NCBI RefSeq assembly: GCF_009914755.1
Contig: NC_060930.1
Direction: 5' to 3' (one strand)
Length of the DNA: 64,000 bases
From: the human T2T-CHM13v2.0 reference genome, Homo sapiens
The notes under the pieces were generated by a model that made no database searches, was not told the DNA's origin, and saw only the letters and a program-made list of their open reading frames with translations. The first letter of the stretch is position 1. Every line of letters starts with the position of its first letter. This document shows positions 17,990 through 34,432 of the stretch, piece after piece. Both the position numbers and the translations under genes were made by a program.

Positions 17990-18364
17990 TGGTCTTCAAC
18001 ACTCACTGGGCCCTTAATCCCATAGTTCCTGGTTCTTTCTCCCTCTCTCCCCAGCAGCCATTTCTACCAAGTTGAAGAGCACTGCATTGCACTCTCCGTT
18101 CGTGGCAAGCCTACAGTCCTAACTACTAAGCTTTCTAGGTGAAACGCTTGTGGTTTGCACTGCTTGCTATAAGCCAACCTGGCTGCCCCAGTCAGGAGTC
18201 AAGGCAGCCCAGCTCAAAGTGAGTTCCTCCCACTCAGAGAGGTCCACAGGGAACTGTACCCAATGGGGATGCTTGTTGCAGTGAATATTGGCTGACCCCT
18301 CCCGTCAGACTTTCTTTTAGTTAGTACAAATGTTCATGAGATCTCCTAAAGGGAGCTCTCCAAA

Positions 18365-18882
18365 ACCCCGCTAGGAGATCAGAGCTGGCACCAGGAGCAG
18401 AAAGGCCGGGCAGCGAGAGCAGATACCCCCGAGCCTGCAGGGATGGGGCGGGGCCAAGGGGGGTATCCCATGCCCCCAAGGGGAGCGTGGTTCGGGGGAG
18501 GGAACATCCCAGGCTCCCGAGGGTGCAGGCTGCAGAGATGCCCAGGTCCTGAGCCTGGGAGGGCAGCCACAGCTGCACCGGCAAAGCTCCTGCCCCACCA
18601 ACTCGGAAGGGTCGGAGTTCCTGCTTTTCCCCGGCTCCTGCTTGCTCCGTGAAGTGGAAGGCCTAGGTCTGCAGCCACAGGTTGGGTGGTTGCAGCTGCA
18701 CCCAAGTGGGCAGATCCTGCCTCTTCCTGGCCTCCTCCAAGAGAACAGGGAGGCTTCCATCCACAGCCACAGTTGGGCAGCTGTAGCCCCGCCCAGGAGG
18801 GTGGGGCTCCCACCAGTTGCATGGTGTCTGCAGCCCCGCCTCGCCTCCCTGCTGCAGCCAGTGACAGCAGCCACTGCCATCA
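18365..18882 (-). mobile_element. MER52-family LTR, GC-rich 5' part
   Basis: Reverse strand begins TGATGGCAGTGGCTGC with ccgagttggtggggcaggagc / gcagctgcaaccacccaacc repeats; explains the ORF cluster here. Confidence 0.72.
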
Positions 18883-18953
18883 CTACTGCCTGAAAACGGT
18901 CTTTTGCTGGTCAATTCTGCACAATTGCAGTGGTTACTGTCTTCATATATGTG

Positions 18954-21397
<2,444 letters not shown>

Positions 21398-22249
21398 CTG
21401 CTTATTTCTTAAAATCCTCACATGCAAGATGCCACACTCTCCTGGTTTCTATTGCCTCTCGCGATCCTGCTTTGCAGCCTCCGTTGCTACCTCTTTTTTC
21501 TCTGCCTGTCTTTTAAGTATCAGTGGTCCTCAGGATTGTCCTGAGCCCTCTTACCTCCTTCTCCACAGTCTCCCTGAGTGATCTCCTTCACCTTCAGAGT
21601 GAGGACAGCAAGGATTCAAGAAGTGGAGCGATCTTTCCAGGGTCACATTATGATAGCACCAGGGTAAGGGTCAGAATTAGTTCATTCTGTTTAATGTAAG
21701 TCTGTTGTGTGCTAGACGTGGTGCTGAGCCTTGGGGATACAGACGCAAATAGGATGCTATCCTTCTCCCACCAACTTTTGCAACCTGCAAGCCCTCCCTC
21801 TCTTCTTCCATTTCATCTGGCCCCCGCCTGTTTAGCGCCTACTTATCCTTCACATGTCAGTTTAGATGTCGCTTCATCTGGGAAACTTTTCTACCTACTT
21901 CTAAGACTTCCTTCTCTCAGGTCCTTCATACCTTTTACCTACTCTCTTGCATTTCTCACATTGTCTTCTAATAACAATTAAACATACTTTTCTGTTCTTC
22001 CCCACTGGGCCTCCCTTTCGCCTCTGGTTGAGCTGAGAAGAGTAACACAAACCATGCCACTAGGACCCACACCAATGCTTCCATTCTCCCAAGAAGGCCA
22101 ATGGCCAGGGCAATCGACAGTAAGTTCTTGAGGGCAGTAGGACTGTGTCTGTGGCACCATCATACCCTCAATACCTAGCCCCCTACCTGGCAAATGGTAA
22201 TTGCTCAGAAGTTGTCTGCTTTATAATGATTGAATGAACCACATGACCA

Positions 22250-23637
22250 TGTGTCCGCAATTGGTGGGTTCTTGGTCTCACTGACTTCAAGAATGAAGCC
22301 ACGGACCCTCACGGTGAGTGTTACAGCTCTCAAGGCAGTGTGTCTGGCGTCTGTCCCTTCTGATGTTCAGATGTGTTCGGAGTTTCTTCCTTCTGGTGGG
22401 TTCGTGGTCTCGCTAGCTCAGGAGTGAAGCTGCAGACCTTCGCGGTGAGCATTACAGCTCTTAAAGCAGCGTGTGTGGAGTTGTTCATTCCTCCCGGTGG
22501 GCTCGTGGTCTTGCTGGGCTCAGGAGTGAAGCTACAGATCTTCACAGTGAGTGTTACAGCTCATAAAAGCAGCGTGGACCCAAAGAGTGAGCAGTAGCAA
22601 CATTTATTGCAAAGAGCAAAAGAACAAAGCTTCCACAATGACGAAGAGGACCCTAGCAGGTTGCCAATGCTGGCTTGGGCAGCCTGCTTTTATTCTCTTA
22701 TCTGGCCCCACCCACATCCTGCTGATTGGTAGAGCCGAGTGGCCTGTTTTGTCAGGGCGCTGACTGGTGCGTTTACAATCCCTGAGCTAGATACAAAGGT
22801 TCTCCACTCCCCATCAGATTAGTTAGATACAGAGTTTCCACACACAGGTTCTCCAAGGCCCCACCACAGCAGCTAGATACAGAGTGTCGATTGGTGCATT
22901 CACAAACCTTGAGCTAAACACAGGGTGCTGATTGGTGTATTTACAATCCCTGAGCTAGATATAAACACTCTCCACGTCCCCACCAGACTCAGGAGGCCAG
23001 CTGGTTTCACCTAGTGGATCCCGCGCCGGGGCTGCAGGTGGAGCTGCCTGCCAGTCCTGCGCCGTGGGCTCGCATTCCTCAGCCCTTGGGTGGTCGATGG
23101 GACTGGGCGCTGTGGAGCAGGAGGTGGTGCTCGTCGGGGAGGCTCGGGCCGCACAGGAGCCCATGGAGTGGGTGGGAGGCTCAGGCATGGCGGGCTGCAG
23201 GTCCCGAGCCCTGCCCCGCGGGAAGGCAGCTAAGGCCCGGCGAGAAATCGAGCGCAGCACTGGTGGGCCGGCACTGCTGGGGGACTCAGTACACCCTCCG
23301 CAGCCAATGGCCCGGGTGCTAAGTCCCCCATTGCCTGGGGCCAGCAGGGCTGGCTGGCTGCTCCGAGTGTGGGGCCCACCAAGCCCACGCCCACCCGGAA
23401 CTCCAGCTGGCTCGCAAGCGCCGCACGCAGCCTCCGTTCCCGCTCCTGCCTCTCCCTCCACACCTCCCTGCAAGCTGAGGGAGTGGGCTCCGGCCTTGGC
23501 CAGCCCAGAAAGGGGCTCCCACAGTGCAGTGGGGGGCTGAAGGGCTCCTCAAATGCCACCAAAGTGGGAGCCCAGGCAGGGGAGGTGCCGAGAGCAAGCG
23601 AGGGCTCTGAGGACTGCCGGCATGCTGTCACCTCTCA
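22250..23637 (-). mobile_element. LTR12C-type (ERV9) solo LTR
   Basis: Reverse strand TGAGAGGTGACAGCATG...CGGACACA; CpG-rich U3, tandem gattggtg..tttacaatccctgagctaga enhancer repeats, U5 repeats; near-TSD acca/acta. Confidence 0.93.
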
Positions 23638-24020
23638 ACTATATGCTAAATGTTGGAATAGAACTTTGAGAAATGTCATCTTTCCCAGGCAAATAAAAAA
23701 TTATAGAGTAGGAGAGTTATTCTTTTTGGAGGTGGACAAAGGGACTAGCTGATTTCTGGAGGTCCCTACCAATCCAATGATTCTGAGTTTGATTTAATAT
23801 ATTCCTTGTGTGGGGAAATAGTATCATTTTTTTCTTTTTTATTAAAATTCCGAAGAACATTACATTCTTAGTAATGTTTAATGAAATGAAATGTTTAATG
23901 AAACATGTTTAATGTTTAATGAAAGTCTAGTTTGCTCAGTAGGTGAGAAAGATCAATATAGGTTGTTAGATGAATGAGTCTTTCAAATTAAAGATCTGCT
24001 TTAATTACATTAGATAGCAT

Positions 24021-24033
24021 TGCCACCTAGTGG
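24021..24033 (-). promoter_or_regulatory. CTCF core motif
   Basis: TGCCACCTAGTGG (CCACTAGGTGGCA on -) in unique sequence. Confidence 0.65.
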
Positions 24034-24312
24034 GTAGTACAAAATTCTTCACGGAACTACATGCCATGAATATTTCTTGGTAAATTATTGTGAATAAGGT
24101 TATTAACGTTCTGAAACTGAATCTAAACCGGCTAGTTCAGGAAGAATTCTGTTGGCCTGCTATTTACTGTACGCAGGAGTTCCAGCTAACTTCTTATCAT
24201 GAAGTCAGCAGAGATTTCGGATAAGAAAAGTTCAAAATTTCTCCGAGACTTTTGTCCTTATAATAAATCCCACTAAGGGGGTTACAGAATTATGTGTTCA
24301 AAATATACTTGA

Positions 24313-24633
<321 letters not shown>

Positions 24634-25213
24634 TAGAATTGTTTTAGGGTTTGCTGTTTCATCCATTCTTATTTAATGTTTTCGAACATTTAAAAATAAA
24701 TATTTCAAGCATGGAGAAAAACTAAAGGTTTTTTACACTAAACACCTGTATACCCACTGCCTAGATTCTACCGTCAACATTTTAATATATCTTCTTTATT
24801 GCATCTACCTATACATTCCTGTCTCTATCCATCCATCTTATTTTTATTTTATTTATTTTTTTTTTGAGACATTGTCACGCTCTGTCACCCAGACTGGAGT
24901 GTAGTGGCGTGACCTCGGCTCACTGCAATCTCTGCCTCCTGGGTTCAAGCGCTTCTCATGCCTCAGCCTCCCGAGTAGCTGCGATTACAAGCACCCGCCA
25001 CCAAACCCAGCTAATTTTTGTATTTTTAGTAGAGATGGGGTTTCGCCATATAAGCCAGGTTGGTCTCAAACTCCTGACTTCAAGTGAGTGATCCACCCAC
25101 CTCAGCCTCCCAAAGTGCTGGGCCCATCTTATTTTTAAATAAACATTTCAAAATAAACTGCATTTTGGCCAGGGACAGTGGCCATTTACTTTAAAAACCG
25201 AATCTGGAATCTA

Positions 25214-25405
<192 letters not shown>

Positions 25406-25712
25406 TCAGGAGACTGAGGCAGGAGAATCGCTTGAAGTTGGCAGAAGTGGCCGAGATCATGCGACTTCTGTCAGCCTGGGTGACAGAGTAAGACTCTGTC
25501 TCAAAAAACAACAACAACAACAACAAAAAAACCCCCTGCATTTTACAAAACATTTAATAGTTCAAAAGTGAAAAATTAGGTTGGGCGCAGTGGCTCACGC
25601 CTGCAATCCCAGCACTATTCCCCCATCCTATTCCGCACTCTCTTAAGCAACCACAAACATTTTCTATTTTTCATTAGTTTCAGATGTAGCCTTTCTCTGT
25701 GGGTTTTTGTAG

Positions 25713-26327
<615 letters not shown>

Positions 26328-26403
26328 TAATTTTTGTATTTTTAGTAGAGACGGGTTTTCGCCATGTTAACCAGCCTGGTGTCAAACTCCTGACCTCAAG
26401 TGA

Positions 26404-26703
<300 letters not shown>

Positions 26704-27534
26704 TGATCCGCCCGCTTTGGCCTCCCAAAGTGCCGGGACTACAGGCGTGAGCCACTGCGCCTGGCCTTTTTTTTTTTTTTTTAAAATAAGCAAATACATA
26801 TACATATTCTCCTTTCTTTCTTTCCTTCATTTAAAAACTTTTTTTTAGAAATAGGGTCTCTCTGTGCCATGCAGACTGGGGTGCATTGGCACAGTCATAG
26901 CTCACCGTAACCTCAGACTTTTGGGCTCAAGTGATCCTCCTGCCTCAGCCTCCTGAGTAGCTGGGACTACAAGCACATGCCACTGCACTTGGCTAATTTT
27001 ACTTACTTATTTACTTTGTTATTATTATTATTATTATTATTATTTTGTAGAGACAGGGTCTTCCTATGTTGCGCAGACTGGTCTCAAACTCCTGGCCTCA
27101 AGTGATACTTCTGCCTTGGCCTCCCAAATTGCTGAGATTACAGATGTGAGCCACTGTGCTTGGTGTCTTATGTCTTTCTTATGTAAGAAGTAGAGGCCAG
27201 GTGCAGTGGCACACGCCTGTAATCCCAGCACTTCGGGAGGCCAAGGTGGGCAGATCACGAGGTCAGGAGATCGAGACCATCCTGGCTAACACGGTGAAAC
27301 TCCGTCTCTACTAAAAATACAAAAAATTAGCCAGGCGTGGTGGCAGGTGCCTGTAGTCCCAGCTACTCGGGAGGCTGAGGCAAGAGAATGGTGTGAACCC
27401 AGGAGGCAGAGTTTGTTGTGAGTCGAGATGGCACGACTGCACTCCAGCCTGGGCAACAGAGTGAGACTCCATCTCAAAAAAAGAAAAAAAAAAAAAAAAA
27501 GAAGCAGAATAGTATGTATGCTCTTCCACTCTGC

Positions 27535-27536
<2 letters not shown>

Positions 27537-27572
<36 letters not shown>
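27537..27572 (+). repeat. (TG)18 microsatellite in place of an Alu poly(A) tail
   Basis: Perfect TG run abutting the Alu end; TSD cactctgcttt on both sides of the element. Confidence 0.95.
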
Positions 27573-27574
<2 letters not shown>

Positions 27575-28029
27575 ATGGAGTCTCGCTCTGTCGCCCAGAC
27601 TGGAGTGCAGTGGTAGCTGGGACTAAAGGCGCCCGCCACCATGCCTGGCTAATTGGCTAATTTTGTTTTTTGTATTTTTGTACAGACGGTTTCACCGTGT
27701 TAGCCAGGGTGGTCTCGATCTCCCGACCTGGTGATCTGCTGGCCTTGGCCTCGCAAAGTGCTGGGCACTCTGCTTTTTTCATTTAAGGATGTATCCCAGA
27801 AATTTGTTCATCTCAGAGATCTTAAATTTTTTTCATGACTTTATACTACTACCTTGTGCCGATATACCATAATTTATTCAACTCATTGCCTATAGATGTG
27901 CGATTAGGTTAGTTCCAATATTTAGGTATTATAAATAATGCTACAGTGAGAAAGTCTAGAGTAAATTCCTCGAAGTGGATTTGCTACATCCAAAGTCAAT
28001 GTGCATGTCATTGTAGAAATGCCTTGTCA

Positions 28030-28963
<934 letters not shown>

Positions 28964-29470
28964 AAGTATGTTGTCAAGCTTTTCTATAGCTGCTAGTCTG
29001 ATAGTTGAAATAGTTTTTCAGAGTTTTAATTTGCATGTCTCTTATTCTCAGTAAAGTTGAGCATGGTTTTGTATGTTTAAGGACCATTCCTCTATCGTTT
29101 TCTCTGAACCGTCCATTCCTGTCTTTTGCCGATTTATCTATTGGGCTGTTGGCTTCTCCCTCTCAATGTTTTATAGCTCTTTAAAAATTAGGGAATGTAG
29201 TCTTTTATGTGTAAAAGAAATTCCCTATATTTTCTCTTACTTTATCATTTGTCTTTGCTTATGGAAATCATCCGATTTTTAAAATACAGACAATTTCCAT
29301 TTTAAGACAATGTGTAGGCCACAATTGTGTATGTGAAACAAAACATATTTAATGCCCAGGGGCCACCTTCTAGACCATCTTCAATCCTTTAAATAATTCT
29401 GCACTAAAATAATCCCCTGAAGATCCTGAGTATATTATTCTTTTTTTTTTTCTTTTTGTTTGAGACGTAG

Positions 29471-29626
<156 letters not shown>

Positions 29627-30784
29627 TAGTAGAGATGGGGTTTCACCATGTTAGCCAGGATGGTCTCGATCTCCTGACCTCGTGATCCACCCGCCTCGGC
29701 CTCCCAAAGTGCTGGGATTACAGGGTGAGCCACTGCACCCGGCCAATCCTGAGTATATTATTCTTAACATCATCTGAGTCTCAAGTCCCAAAACCTTCAT
29801 TAGTAATGTGTTTCATCATTTCACTTCTCTTAGCTGTGCTTATACTCATCAAAGAAATGGTTTGTCAAAAAATAAATTGGTGCAATGTAATTATTATTTA
29901 TCCATCTGAATAAAAATAAAAATAAAAAAATTGGTGTAAATATTTGTGGTTGCTAAAGTTTTGTTTTGTTTTGTTTTGTTTTGTTTTTGAGATAGAGTCT
30001 CACTCTGTCACCTGGGCTAGATTGTGGTAGTGTGATCTTGGCTTACTGCAACCTCCACCACCTGGGTTCAAGCTATTCTCCTGCCTCTGCCTCCTGAGTA
30101 GCTGGGATTACAGACGCATGCCACCATGCCTGGATAATTTTTGTATTTTTAGTAGAGACAGGGTTTCACCATGTTGGCCAGGTTGGTCTTGAACTCCTGA
30201 CCTCAGGGTGATCCGCCAGCCTCAGCCTCCCAAAGTGCTGGGATTACAGGCATGAGCCATGGTGCCTAGTGGTTGCTGAAATTTTTATGGCTAAACATTT
30301 TCCAGTATTTCTACCTCCTTATCCCATCATTTAATCCTTTTTAAATTAATATTTTAAAAATTTTATTATTGGCCAGGTGCAGTGGTTCACGCCTGTAATC
30401 CCAGCACTTTGGGAGGCCAAGGTGGGCAGATCACACGATCAGGAGTTCAAGACCAGCCTGGCCAACATAGTGAAACCCTGTCTCTACTAAAACTACAAAA
30501 AATTAGCTGGGTGTGGTGGCGGGCACCTGTAATCCCAGCTACTTGGGAGGCTGAGGCAGGAGAATCGCTTGAACCCGGGGGGGGCAGAGGTTGCAGTAAG
30601 CCGAGGTTGCACCATTGCACTCCAGCCCTGGTGACAGTGCAAGACTCCGTCTCAAAAAAAAAAATTATTATTGAAAATCCCAAACAGATATAAAAGTAGA
30701 GGGAGTGAATAAAAAATCTTCATGTACTCATCCATACTAGCCTCAGCAGTTATCAACACAAGGCCAATACTGTTTTATTCGCAC

Positions 30785-30998
30785 CAGTGGTTCTCAACTG
30801 GGGATGATTTTGCCCTGCGGAAGGTTATCTGACAAGGTCTGCAGACATTTTTGGTCTTCACAATTGGGATGTACTCCTGGTAGCTAGAGGGTAGAGGCCA
30901 GGGATACTGCTAAACAGCATACAATGCCCAGGACAGCCCCCACCACGAACAATTTGCCCAGTCTAAAATGTCAATAGAGCCCATACTGAGAAAGCTTG
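30785..30998 (+). mobile_element. MER20 DNA-transposon MITE
   Basis: cagtggttctcaactggggatgattttgcc...tagaggccagggatactgctaaaca...aaaatgtcaatag..tgagaaa. Confidence 0.85.
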
Positions 30999-31291
30999 AT
31001 TTATACCTTTTCCCTTGCTTCTCTCAATAATTATTTCAAATAAAATATATGGTATAAAATTTCATCTGTAATTACCATTTATAGGTAGAAGCTATTACAA
31101 TAAAACCCACAATATTGTCATTACAACTAATCTCTTTTTTTAACCCATTGCTCATCAGGTAACCTTAAACAACTCATATCTTACCATCCCAAAATATTCA
31201 GTCAGTGTTCAAATTTCCCTTGGGTATTTTTTTAAATACAGTGTTTAGTTCAGACGAGATCCATACATTGCATTTGGTAATATGTCCCTTA

Positions 31292-31541
<250 letters not shown>

Positions 31542-31899
31542 TTATTACCAAGGTGTTTCTGCTCCTTCAAATTGCAACAGCAGTTGTAATTTCAGTGCCT
31601 AGAACAGTAGTAATTGGCACGTATAAGGCGCTCAATGAATAGCTGCAGGATTAACTGATAATCGGTTGTCTCCTGAACAATTCCTACCGCACCACACCAT
31701 AGTCAAAACACAAAAAGCCAAAATATAAAAGCCCCTAATACAACTACGAGTCCGTGGAGCCAGGGCTTTACACAAATATATGTCGTGTACTACATATTAA
31801 TATATATGCACATACAATATTTTGTTCTTCTGGTGCTAACGACTAATGGAGGCAAATCTTTCTCCCTTTCGTAAAGGGCTAAAACTTTGCATTTTAAGG

Positions 31900-32700
31900 A
31901 AGTTCCAAGAGCAGGGTCGGAGGGGAGGGTCAAAGGGCACAGGCCTCCCAGCCCGCAGAAAACCCCCACGGTCCTCAAGTACTCGCTACCGTTGACCGCG
32001 CAGGCGCAGGAAGGGGCGGGGCCGAGGGAAGAGGCGATTCGCGGGATCCAGAGGCCCCGCCCCTCGTCTGCGTCAGTTGGTCACGTGGTTGTTCGGAGCG
32101 GGCGAGCGGAGTTAGCAGGGCTTTACTGCAGAGCGCGCCGGGCACTCCAGCGACCGTGGGGATCAGCGTAGGTGAGCTGTGGCCTTTTGCGAGGTGCTGC
32201 AGCCATAGCTACGTGCGTTCGCTACGAGGATTGAGCGTCTCCACCCAGTAAGTGGGCAAGAGGCGGCAGGAAGTGGGTACGCAGGGGCGCAAGGCGCACA
32301 GCCTCTAGACGACTCGCTTTCCCTCCGGCCAACCTCTGAAGCCGCGTCCTACTTTGACAGCTGCAGGGCCGCGGCCTGGGTAAGGGCGAAGGGGTTGTTG
32401 AACGGTCGCGGGAGCCGGGGCGGGGTTGGGAGGTGAGTCGAGGGACTGCCCCATTGGCTGGGTCGGTTTTGGCGCGCTCTCACTTCCGCGCTTCCTATTG
32501 GCTGGCTGGCGCAGTTCCCGAGGCGCGCGCCGCGGTTGGTAGGCTCGGACGCGCGGGGCCACACTGCCCGCCCCCTAGCCTGGCGCTGGGCCTCCGGGAC
32601 AAGTTGGCTGGGTCCGGGCTTGGGGACTGCAACGCGGGTAAGGGACTCAGCCTGGGCTTGCCAGCTGTGGGGATGAGGCGAAGCATCCATCCTCTTGGCA
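31900..32700 (+). promoter_or_regulatory. GMNN: GMNN CpG-island promoter and 5' part of intron 1
   Basis: Only non-repeat CpG-rich stretch in the window. NRF1-like CGCGCAGGCGCA 31997-32008; GC boxes 32013-32021 and 32055-32063; E-box CACGTG 32082-32087; ETS CAGGAAGTG 32267-32275 and CACTTCCG 32481-32488; inverted CCAAT boxes 32453-32457 and 32497-32501; E2F site TTTTGGCGCG 32467-32476. Confidence 0.9.
32075..32379 (+). other. GMNN: GMNN non-coding exon 1 (TSS approximate; several alternative 5' splice donors)
   Basis: Donor-like sites ag|gtgagc (intron from 32172), ca|gtaagt (32248), gg|gtaagg (32380) and a further gg|gtaagg (32638). No ATG in 32080-32379. Confidence 0.7.
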
Positions 32701-33218
32701 GTTAAGTGGCTGGTCCTGATCTGAGGGATCTGCAAATTTGGCTCATGGAAAGAGGTGGCTGAATTCTGCGTCTCCCATTAAACGGATACTGGCGTTGTTG
32801 ATACGGGTTTCGCATGGACCCTGTCCTGTGCCAGGGTTTTTAATCTAGCTATTAAAGGAACTGGAGAATAACAAGTAAGGGTTGCAAGGTCGCTGACAGG
32901 CGTGGGAAACTTGTGAAGGATTAGAATGCTAAGTGGCTTTCAGCTTTTTTCACACTAAGGTACGTTTTACGTCGCAACCTAGGACACAGCTATCTAACCA
33001 AATGAGACGTGATGGAAGCAATGTTTCTCGTCTCTTCAATTCCATTCTGTTCAGTTGCATTTTTCTAAGCAGTGTTGCTCATGACTCACTAATTTCGAGA
33101 TCACGGCCCGCGACCCGCAGTTTGAAGAACATTGCGTAGGGTCTGTTTACTGGGGCCCGAACACCATTTTCTTAACATGAAATAGAGTAGAAAATAGCAG
33201 GATGCCCGCACAAATTAG

Positions 33219-33629
<411 letters not shown>

Positions 33630-34381
33630 TAAAATGTATTAATGTTAGAAGCCACTGCACTGAGTAAAGGCATGGCCACAAAAATTAGGGACATCTATCG
33701 ACGAGGCACAGGCGCAGACACGGCAGGGGCCAATGGGTAGTGGGCAGTGGGCAGTGGGCAGTGGAGCAGCAGTTCAGATGCTGAGTTTGGCCCAGTGGTC
33801 TAGTCAACCGCATTACATAGATCCCTTTCTACCTTTTCCCTCTTTCTTGCTTGTTAGTCCTTCAGTTCATGTTACTGGTTAAACATTTCCTACAAATGTA
33901 AATGCATGATCTCATTTGACCAGATATTAAGTCTGTGTTAAGTTATTGTCAGAGCCCAGTTTATTATACCTTAAATCTGTCTTTGAATCAGGAAAGTTAA
34001 GATGCTGCTCTTTAGGATGGACCTGGGCATACCCTAGTATCTGTTTATTTTGCTTTTTCTGGTGACTATTTAATCCAGGACAATATGTTTAGAAATTTTA
34101 AACCAGTTTTAGAAATTGGTTTAAAATACATTAATTTCATTTTTTCAGCTATAATTATTATGTGTGTATATATGTAAAATATAGATATCAAGAGTCATTA
34201 ACTTTAGTCACCTTAGTCATTGACAGGGCTGAGTTTGGATTAAGAGAGAAAAAATAATAGTTCTACTGTACAATAGTATAATTTTTATGATTGTAAGTAT
34301 TTTAAACCTAGACTCCACCTTCGGGGGTGCAAACCATATTGTTTTTTAATTACTAGTCTTCTGTGCTTCACCATCTACATA

Positions 34382-34432
34382 ATGAATCCCAGTATGAAGC
34401 AGAAACAAGAAGAAATCAAAGAGAATATAAAG
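34382..34432 (+). CDS. GMNN: Geminin coding exon 1 (gene exon 2, 34357-34432): MNPSMKQKQEEIKENIK
   Basis: Acceptor tactag|tct (exon starts 34357), ATG 34382, donor aag|gtatgt; matches the geminin N-terminus. Confidence 0.97.

Noticed and set aside
22300-22960. Spaced direct repeats that superficially resemble a CRISPR array
   Set aside because: They are the normal U3/U5 tandem repeats of LTR12; eukaryotic context, no unique spacers.
22955-23752. Overlapping 92-172 aa ORFs and CpG-island-like composition
   Set aside because: Fall in the GC-rich U3 of the LTR12C; stop-poor by composition.
31887-32735. ORFs across the GMNN CpG island, or a divergent coding gene
   Set aside because: GC-driven open frames, mostly non-ATG starts, no recognisable product.
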